Of a stretch of 56,023 nt of DNA, positions 49,803 through 56,023 are shown in pieces. The stretch spans positions 1 to 56,023 of IMG/VR virus record IMGVR_UViG_3300025282_000041. The stretch is one strand, 5' to 3'. Numbering within the stretch: the first letter of the stretch is position 1; each line of letters opens with the position of its first letter. Origin of the DNA: a virus (Duplodnaviria; Caudoviricetes). The position numbers and the translations under genes are program-made. The notes beneath the pieces are model-generated. The model worked only from the letters and a program-made list of their open reading frames with translations, searched no databases and had not been told where the DNA came from.

Positions 49803-51479
49803 CTAGTTGAACCCAAGGACCTCACTGGCCGTTGGGATGTCATTGAGTGCTGTGAGGCCCTCCTCGTTGACATATGCCTTCATGTCGCTGAGGTCACCCC
49901 GACCAATCCTATCCACATCCGCTTCCTTGCGGTACTGTTGGATGGTCTGCTTTGCCACGCCGGTCACTGTGTTGTGAACCGTCTTGAGTCGTGTGTCGAG
50001 TGCGTCGATGCCCACCACACGCCCCTTGAGCGTCGTGGTCTTCCCATCTGTCCACTCGGGGCGATGGGTGATTGCTCCGTTCAGTACATTGTATGCATGG
50101 TACAGTGTGCGTGTCTGGTCCCTGTTGACATTAACCCAATCGCTGCGAGGATTAGTCCAACCATCTCCCATGAGACGCCACATGTATCCACCACTCACCT
50201 TGTCGTCCACGCTCTCCTGTGGGACAATCTTCGGCCATGTAATGAGGCCGTTCCGCTCGCACAGAGTCATCATGCGCTCATAGAGTTGGGCGTCAATCGG
50301 AATGTGCTGTAGGAACTCCATCTCAACGAGGGAGCGCTGTGCCTCAACGATGACAGAATCAATCTGCCCTGCGAACTGGTCCCAGTCCGTCTCCTTCATC
50401 GTGCTCTTCAAGTGGCGCTTGCTCGCAATCGTACTCACACTGCCCATCACCGCGAGGTTCGTGCAGTAGACACGCTGCGCCACCATCTGTAGTCGCAACG
50501 CTGTGCTGCGGTCGAGGGAGTTCAGAACGGAGAACCCGTATCGGTACAGTCCGTCGAGGGACTTTGCATGGTCATCCATGAGGTTGGTCGACAACCAAGG
50601 GTGGCCACCCTCCTTGAGGCGCGTTCTGGCCTCTTGAAGGGTCTGTGCGGCCTGTGATACATCGGCATCAAGTCGTGCCTTTGCACCCTCCTTGTAGGCG
50701 TAGACCTTGGCCTTCCAACCGTTCTCCGCCGCCAACTCCAGTATGGGGTCGTAGACAGGTGCGTATGCTTGTGGGTGGAAGTCCTTACCAACGGTGGACA
50801 ACAATGCCCCCGCAGGTCGCTCGTCGGAGGCATAGGTGGGGTTGAACACACCGTATGACTCCACATGGCCCTTGGCATTGTTGCAAGGGGCGAAGGTAGG
50901 GGCCATTGTGCCACTCCCATCGTCCATCGCCACGAAGAGCGGGAGCATCTTCGGTGTGAATCGCCAGTCGTGTGCCACCAGTGCTTCTCGGCCACCTGCC
51001 AACAGGCTGCCTCCCCAAGGGTCATCCCCGTCGTCGGGGGAGCCTGACAACTCAATGATAGCGTCACCGAAGTCCGGTACCGTGTCATCGAAGTCATCGC
51101 CACCAAACAGTTCCGGTGGCTCGTCAATCGTCTCACCGCGCTGCTTCTTCACTAGGAATGTGAGGTTGCTCTTGGCAATCCCCTGTTCCATCGCGTCAGC
51201 CAACTCGATGTGCTCAGACTCGTTGATGCTCGGTGACTTCCCGCCGCCGAACTGCTGTGTTGGGTCAAATGACCCATGCTTCAACTTCGTCTCCTGAATC
51301 AGGAACGCCGTTTGCCGGTCATGCGTTTTCACCTGCACAGCAATGGCATCGCGGGGGAGCCACACGGTTCGTGGCCCCGTCACTGCGTCATACCGCACCT
51401 TCGTCTGTTTGTCATTCGTCTCTTCCACACGGCCAATTACCACCATGCGGTTGTCATTCAATTCGTTTTCGTTGGTCAT
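49803..51479 (-). CDS. DUF932-family protein with N-terminal extension
   Basis: LSTVGKDF.P, VLNSLD.S...RVYCTN, TLYHAYN motifs; ATG 51479 lies behind a promoter. Confidence 0.65.
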   Translation of the reverse strand: MTNENELNDNRMVVIGRVEETNDKQTKVRYDAVTGPRTVWLPRDAIAVQVKTHDRQTAFLIQETKLKHGSFDPTQQFGGGKSPSINESEHIELADAMEQGIAKSNLTFLVKKQRGETIDEPPELFGGDDFDDTVPDFGDAIIELSGSPDDGDDPWGGSLLAGGREALVAHDWRFTPKMLPLFVAMDDGSGTMAPTFAPCNNAKGHVESYGVFNPTYASDERPAGALLSTVGKDFHPQAYAPVYDPILELAAENGWKAKVYAYKEGAKARLDADVSQAAQTLQEARTRLKEGGHPWLSTNLMDDHAKSLDGLYRYGFSVLNSLDRSTALRLQMVAQRVYCTNLAVMGSVSTIASKRHLKSTMKETDWDQFAGQIDSVIVEAQRSLVEMEFLQHIPIDAQLYERMMTLCERNGLITWPKIVPQESVDDKVSGGYMWRLMGDGWTNPRSDWVNVNRDQTRTLYHAYNVLNGAITHRPEWTDGKTTTLKGRVVGIDALDTRLKTVHNTVTGVAKQTIQQYRKEADVDRIGRGDLSDMKAYVNEEGLTALNDIPTASEVLGFN

Positions 51480-51495
51480 ATTCGTTTCACCATCA

Positions 51496-51529
51496 TCCAT
51501 TATTCTATGGGGTGTCAAAGGTATTTAAT
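51496..51529 (-). promoter_or_regulatory. Conserved viral promoter ATTAAATACCTTTGACACCCCATAGAATAATGGA
   Basis: 33/34 identical to 54951-54984; intergenic and upstream of a gene start. Confidence 0.8.
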
Positions 51530-51557
51530 ACGGTCACCATTTTCCGGTGAAATCGCA

Positions 51558-52280
51558 TCATTCCTCTTCCTCAACTGTATTGCGCTGACAGTATGTACCT
51601 TGCATGTGCGGAGGTACCTCATGTCCTAGGAATGTGCTCCCCAATGCAAATCCCTCCTCGCCACTGTCTATGAGTTCTACCGTCTGCTCTCGCGTCAACA
51701 CTCGGAGCACATGTGAGCCTAGTCGCCAACTCCAGAACATGTCCTCCCCACCTATGTACCCATAGTCGAGGGGGTTCATAGGGATTATCACGCTACACCT
51801 ATGGCAGGTGATTTGAGCCAGCCATCGGTCGGCCTCACCCTCCTCACCAGTCGTCGGGTCACTGAATGGATGAGAGCCATGATTGACCCAATCCACTTCC
51901 TCCACCGGCATATTGACTAGGAACTCCTCGCAATCCTCATTGGGACACTTCCACCCCGACACTATCTCCTGTATGCGCTCCAGTTCATGTTCCTGCGCCT
52001 CCTCCATTGAGGCGGGGTCCAATTCATTCGTCACCTGCTTCACACTATCATCAATCATCGTCCACCCCATCCCATGCAGCACCTTGACGATGCGGGCATG
52101 GGCCTCGATGGTACCCGAGTGGTTGGTGATGCTGACGAGGGTTAGTTCATTCTCATCAGTTCGCTCGTACTCCAGACCATGTGGCGACCACACACCACCA
52201 ATCTGTAGTGGCTCTAGGTTACTCCTCGTCCAATCAATCTCTTCTTCACTTGGTTCCCATTCTGTATCTTTTTTCAGCAT
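51558..52280 (-). CDS. Acidic hypothetical protein with Cys pairs
   Basis: CPNEDC...CHRC; long ORF in the operon. Confidence 0.6.
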   Translation of the reverse strand: MLKKDTEWEPSEEEIDWTRSNLEPLQIGGVWSPHGLEYERTDENELTLVSITNHSGTIEAHARIVKVLHGMGWTMIDDSVKQVTNELDPASMEEAQEHELERIQEIVSGWKCPNEDCEEFLVNMPVEEVDWVNHGSHPFSDPTTGEEGEADRWLAQITCHRCSVIIPMNPLDYGYIGGEDMFWSWRLGSHVLRVLTREQTVELIDSGEEGFALGSTFLGHEVPPHMQGTYCQRNTVEEEE

Positions 52281-52627
52281 TCTACCACACTCCCATCTTC
52301 GGCCCAAGTCCACACCCACTCGTCACAAGCGGTGCATGGATAGAGGATAAACTCCCCACCGGAGAAGGCCTGTCTCCCCTTTTGTACTTTGGCTTTGCAC
52401 GAAGGACATGTCTTGAACAGTTTGACCGCATCCTGCTGTGCAATCACCATAACCTTGTCGTCATCATCATTCGTGTCAGGTGGCATCAGGCGCTGACCGA
52501 CAACTGCGGTGAGGTACCCCGTAGGGCCAAACGCCCACATCCCGTCATCATCCACTTCATCAGGCCTAACATGCCACAACACTCTACCATCTCCATCTCT
52601 CTGTCTAAAGTTCGTCTTACTTCCCAT
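52274..52627 (-). CDS. Hypothetical zinc-ribbon protein
   Basis: CPSC...CTAC; GAGGAG RBS. Confidence 0.55.
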   Translation of the reverse strand: MGSKTNFRQRDGDGRVLWHVRPDEVDDDGMWAFGPTGYLTAVVGQRLMPPDTNDDDDKVMVIAQQDAVKLFKTCPSCKAKVQKGRQAFSGGEFILYPCTACDEWVWTWAEDGSVVEC

Positions 52628-52676
52628 CTCATCTCCTCCTCAGTTCAAGGCGTGAACCACGCCCTAAAAAGAGTTA

Positions 52677-52814
52677 TCATTCTTCCTCAGATGATGCATG
52701 AGTTTCCATACCCACCATCAACTGCGCCTTGAACTCGGCCAAGTCTCGTTCAATCGACCCTCGCAGGTCATCCATTTCATCCATCAGCATCTGCTGTACT
52801 TCTTCTGTTGTCAT
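52677..52814 (-). CDS. 45-aa acidic helical protein
   Basis: Below the track cutoff: MTTEEVQQMLMDEMDDLRG...EEE; ATGA-coupled to the upstream gene. Confidence 0.45.
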   Translation of the reverse strand: MTTEEVQQMLMDEMDDLRGSIERDLAEFKAQLMVGMETHASSEEE

Positions 52815-53431
52815 TCAATCACTTCCAGTTCCATCATGTACTCGGCAACGATGTCTTGCATCACTTCAATAGATGCCATCGCTACCATGTGTGGAATTGC
52901 TTGCATAGCCAGAAGGGTGTCACCCTTCTGATTCTTTACTGTGGCCTTACGGAACTCATCGAGCATCTCGTTCAACTCATCAGGATGATTGGCGTGTTCG
53001 GCCAACCAGTGCTTGTAGGTCTCCTTGTCAGGAGACAGTCGTAGTTCGTTTGCTTCGGCAACCGCCTCGGCAATCTCCCTCATCACTGCAGCAGAGATGC
53101 GACCGCCTAGCATACCTGCCATCTTGTCGAGCATCACCGCCTCCTTGAGGGTCGGTGGAATCCGCATCGGGTTGGACTGTTCGTAGTCAGGGAACCGGAC
53201 ATATCCATCCCCTCCCGTCTTGCCGCCCTGATGCGGAGTCGTCTTGAGTAGTATCGTAGTACCCGTCTCCATGTCCATGACCATTAGTTGTGGACTGGTT
53301 CGGGTCTCGTTCGACGGGTCACAGGATGCGTACTCGACCTTCATCAGAAGGTCACCTAGCGTACGCAGGGCCTTGCCCGCACCATCTGTCCATCCCATCT
53401 GGGATGCCTGTATCGCATCTAGTCCAGCCAT
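52811..53431 (-). CDS. Hypothetical protein
   Basis: 206-aa ORF with GAGGAGG RBS. Confidence 0.65.
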   Translation of the reverse strand: MAGLDAIQASQMGWTDGAGKALRTLGDLLMKVEYASCDPSNETRTSPQLMVMDMETGTTILLKTTPHQGGKTGGDGYVRFPDYEQSNPMRIPPTLKEAVMLDKMAGMLGGRISAAVMREIAEAVAEANELRLSPDKETYKHWLAEHANHPDELNEMLDEFRKATVKNQKGDTLLAMQAIPHMVAMASIEVMQDIVAEYMMELEVIE

Positions 53432-53452
53432 TTGTCAGCCTCCTCTTCCATT

Positions 53453-53632
53453 TCAATCACTGTCCATAGTATGAACCGTCTCTATCTCAGCATCCAATGG
53501 TGGTATCTTCTGCCCGCAGTGTGAACACCAATCGATGTTGCAGCCAAAGCCGAACTCACACCAATGAACCTGCGACTGTTCGCTCCACACCACATGGGCA
53601 GTCTTCCCGCATCCTTCACAAGATATTACCAT
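53453..53632 (-). CDS. Small zinc-finger protein
   Basis: CEGC, HWC, CSHC; start adjacent to the upstream stop. Confidence 0.5.
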   Translation of the reverse strand: MVISCEGCGKTAHVVWSEQSQVHWCEFGFGCNIDWCSHCGQKIPPLDAEIETVHTMDSD

Positions 53633-53633
53633 T

Positions 53634-53939
53634 TCAACACGCCCTGTAGAGATAGATGTAGTTATCATACTCCACCTCATGGTAGTCCTGCAGCAGGGAC
53701 TCGGCCACCCGCTCCCAGTCGATAGCATTTGCGATGAACCAAGGCAACTCACTTATGGGGTACCCGCAATCATCACAACACTGCTCTGCCCAGTCGCCCA
53801 GTCTACTCCTGTGTCCCTCCCATTCAAACGCCTCCTCCGCATCTGCATAGGAGAACCCTACCTCCTCCATCGCTCGGATGTGATGCTTCAAGCAGTCACA
53901 GTCATCCGGCTCCTCGTCACAATACTTGCACTTGCTCAT
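53634..53939 (-). CDS. ArdA-like antirestriction (DNA mimic) protein
   Basis: Acidic; GDWAEQCCDDCG...LPWFIANAIDWERVAESLLQDY...YLYR matches the ArdA C-terminal pattern. Confidence 0.6.
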   Translation of the reverse strand: MSKCKYCDEEPDDCDCLKHHIRAMEEVGFSYADAEEAFEWEGHRSRLGDWAEQCCDDCGYPISELPWFIANAIDWERVAESLLQDYHEVEYDNYIYLYRAC

Positions 53940-54118
53940 TCTCTCCCCTCCGCATTCTCAGCCCATTCAATCCACTCCACTCCATCAAGGCAGTATTTAC
54001 ATCCTTCACAACATTCACTACATCCCTTTTCGTGATGCCAAAAGCACTCGCCATCATAAGGGGGTGTAGTAATCCCACAAGTTTTACATTGTGATACTTT
54101 TACTATTCTATAATTCAT
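53936..54118 (-). CDS. Small Cys-rich protein
   Basis: CKTC, CSECCEGCKYC; coupled on both sides. Confidence 0.5.
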   Translation of the reverse strand: MNYRIVKVSQCKTCGITTPPYDGECFWHHEKGCSECCEGCKYCLDGVEWIEWAENAEGRE

Positions 54119-54939
54119 CACTCTTCCTCCGCAAACAGTGGCGGCGGCTGTTCCCAAGGGAACGGGAGTTCGTGGACTGCATCGCACAACTCACCAGCCC
54201 TCTCGATGAATGCCTCGAACTCCTTTAACCAACCAACAATCTCCTTCGCCAACTTGTCAGCCTTCGCAGCGAGGTCACCTGTGATGCGAGTCCCCTTGGT
54301 GTCACACTCATAGGTAGCCAATCCAGAGCCCAAACGCTGCCAGTTGTATGCGTATTGCTGCTTGAAGTTCATGAATGTAGAAAGTGCTTGGTTGTCTAAT
54401 GACCTAACCTTGTTCTCACGCAACTTCACAACAGATTCATTCCATTCATCAGGGCTAATTTGGCCTCCAGTAATGTATGCATGTTCCATGCTCTCCTCCC
54501 ATGCATCCCAAGGGACTATACTAGCGCTGTTGTTGTATCGGTAGGCATTGACCCACGCAACACACCAAGTCGGAAGTTTGTTCTTCACCTCATCACTCAT
54601 ATGGCGCACACGAACCTTGGCCCACCAATCATTAGGGTCAGCCTCAGCATCTGCTGCCGCTGCCCAGAACCCCTGCTTTATGAGCACCGCTGTAGGGAAC
54701 ACCTCATCTGCACACCTCTTGCAGACGGTGGAAGCACCCCACTTCACCGACGCCTTACCGGAACACTGCCCGCTGCTGCGACGGGTGTACCTGTATCCAA
54801 GGCACCGTGTCTCTGCGGTGACCCTCACCGTATCATCAGCGACCCAGCAGTTCCTTCCTTCATCATTCTGTTGCCAACTGCCGCCTCTCGCCAACTTGTC
54901 AACCGATTTGTCTCTTTCAATTATCCTACTCAATGCCAT
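54118..54939 (-). CDS. Hypothetical protein with zinc-binding cysteines
   Basis: First gene after the 54951-54984 promoter; CKRC. Confidence 0.65.
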   Translation of the reverse strand: MALSRIIERDKSVDKLARGGSWQQNDEGRNCWVADDTVRVTAETRCLGYRYTRRSSGQCSGKASVKWGASTVCKRCADEVFPTAVLIKQGFWAAAADAEADPNDWWAKVRVRHMSDEVKNKLPTWCVAWVNAYRYNNSASIVPWDAWEESMEHAYITGGQISPDEWNESVVKLRENKVRSLDNQALSTFMNFKQQYAYNWQRLGSGLATYECDTKGTRITGDLAAKADKLAKEIVGWLKEFEAFIERAGELCDAVHELPFPWEQPPPLFAEEE

Positions 54940-54950
54940 ATTATCATTGC

Positions 54951-54984
54951 TCCATCATTCTATGGGGTGTCAAAGGTATTTAAT
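54951..54984 (-). promoter_or_regulatory. Conserved viral promoter ATTAAATACCTTTGACACCCCATAGAATGATGGA
   Basis: Near-identical to 51496-51529; lies right after the repeat array. Confidence 0.8.
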
Positions 54985-54994
54985 GGGGGGTGGA

Positions 54995-55908
54995 TTTTCG
55001 CTCGTCCGGCTTGCATATTCTGTTTCATTGGCTCGCTCTCTCTTCATGTTATTCATCTATGTTGGCTCGCTCATCGGAATTGCATATTCGCTCGGCTTGG
55101 CTCGCTCGCGCGTTTTGCATGTTCTCCTTGTGTGGCTCGCTCGCGTCGTTTGCTGTTCTGGGTTTATGGCTCGCTCGATGTCCCTGCTGTTCGTCCGAAA
55201 TGGCTCACTCATCATCCTTGCATCTTCACGCACATTGGTTCGCTCGTCACCGCTGCATATTCTGGCTCAATGGCTCGCTCTCGAACTGTGTTCATCATCT
55301 GAAATGGCTCGCTCGTTTTCACTGCATCTTCACGCCTCGTGGCTCGCTCTCTCCTGCTGTACATTCTTTCATTCTGGCTCGCTCGCTTGGGATGCATGTT
55401 CGTTGTACTTGGCTCGCTCGCTCACCCTGCATGTTCAGTGACTATGGCTCGCTCTCTTCCAATGTTATTCTCGTCTCGTGGCTCGCTCTGATTTGCTGTA
55501 TATTCCATCATCATGGCTCGCTCCCGATAGGTGCATATTCATTTGGAATGGCTCGCTCTCTTCCAATGTTATTCTCGTCCGTTGGCTCGCTCCGGTTCCC
55601 TGATAATTCCCGCCGGATGGCTCGCTCGTGCAACTTGCATGTTCGTGAACTGTGGCTCGCTCTTTGGTTTTGCATGTTCTTCCCGAGTGGCTCGCTCTAG
55701 TCTCCTGTATATTCTTTCATTATGGCTCGCTCCCGCCGCATGTATATTCTGTTTCTCTGGCTCGCTCCAACCGTTTGCATATTCTCCGATAATGGCTCAC
55801 TCTCGCAACTTGCATGTTCGACGACTGTGGCTCGCTCTCGATGCAATGCATATTCCTTCCTCATGGCTCGCTCAATTACTGTGCGTGTTCTCCAATCATG
55901 GCTCACTC
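54995..55908 (-). ncRNA. Dual-repeat, dual-spacer guide-RNA array (TIGR-like), 26 units of 34-36 bp
   Basis: On the + strand: TGGCTCGCTC-N8-TGCATRTTC-N8. There are 26 full edge repeats from 55029 to 55899 plus a degenerate one at 54995-55003. Spacers are nearly all distinct, and no coding frame is maintained. Confidence 0.85.
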
Positions 55909-56023
55909 AGAGCGTGATGCCCTCGTGGTCCATCCACTCCCCTAGGTTGGGAACAGGTATCTTCCTGCTGTGGCCATCCATCGTTAGAACGAACGGCTGC
56001 TCCGGTTCCCTTCCGTGGTGAGC
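55907..56023 (-). CDS. C-terminus of a gene immediately upstream of the array, candidate Nop-domain Tas protein
   Basis: Open frame AHHGREPEQPFVLTMDGHSRKIPVPNLGEWMDHEGITL*; the TGA (55907-55909) overlaps the first edge repeat. Only 38 aa are visible. Confidence 0.5.
   Translation of the reverse strand, partial: AHHGREPEQPFVLTMDGHSRKIPVPNLGEWMDHEGITL

Noticed and set aside
54995-55908. CRISPR array or replication-origin iterons
   Set aside because: The repeats are 8-10 bp of two alternating types with 8-nt spacers, far from CRISPR geometry, and there is no cas operon. The fixed-length, diverse inserts and abutment to a stop codon fit a guide array better than iterons, though an origin is not formally excluded.
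55590-56010. Array segment CTCCGGTTCCC matching 56000-56010 (self-targeting?)
   Set aside because: Only one spacer plus a few repeat bases match, and the partner spacer has no adjacent match; consistent with chance.
54460-56021. Long + strand ORFs (54460..55302, 54548..55441, 54990..55700 and others)
   Set aside because: These are artefacts of the stop-poor repeat; translations cycle through LARS/WLA/GSL because the unit length is not a multiple of 3.

Overview
This is a segment of a tailed archaeal dsDNA virus genome. Gene content best fits the 'Magroviruses' of Marine Group II (Poseidoniales) archaea; that is an inference, since no database search was possible. The + strand (1-26.8 kb) is a tail module: a SAP-domain protein, a tail-chaperone pair with a C CCT TTA -1 frameshift site, a tape measure protein, a distal-tail-like protein, a giant ~5,880-aa LamG-bearing protein, a baseplate hub and a tail fibre. 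It is interrupted by three cargo genes that share an N-terminal 'AWxVLK' leader (a hypothetical protein, a Dam-like methyltransferase and an ADP-ribosyltransferase-like protein). The - strand (26.8-56 kb) carries a group II chaperonin, an almost complete archaeal-type replication kit (MCM-like ATPase, XPF/ERCC4 nuclease, fused primase, PolB, clamp-like protein, RFC, SSB, degenerate ligase), TFB, a PC4-like protein, and small early genes including two ArdA-like proteins, a DUF932 protein and a GATA-type zinc-finger protein. These genes sit behind a conserved virus-specific TATA promoter motif. The standout feature is at 54,995-55,908: 26 dual-repeat units of ~35 bp (10-bp repeat, 8-nt variable, 8-9-bp repeat, 8-nt variable). 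The array begins at the stop codon of a gene truncated by the window edge. This is the architecture of a TIGR-type tandem guide-RNA array, with 8-nt rather than 9-nt spacers. GATC, AGCT and CCWGG appear strongly avoided across the window.
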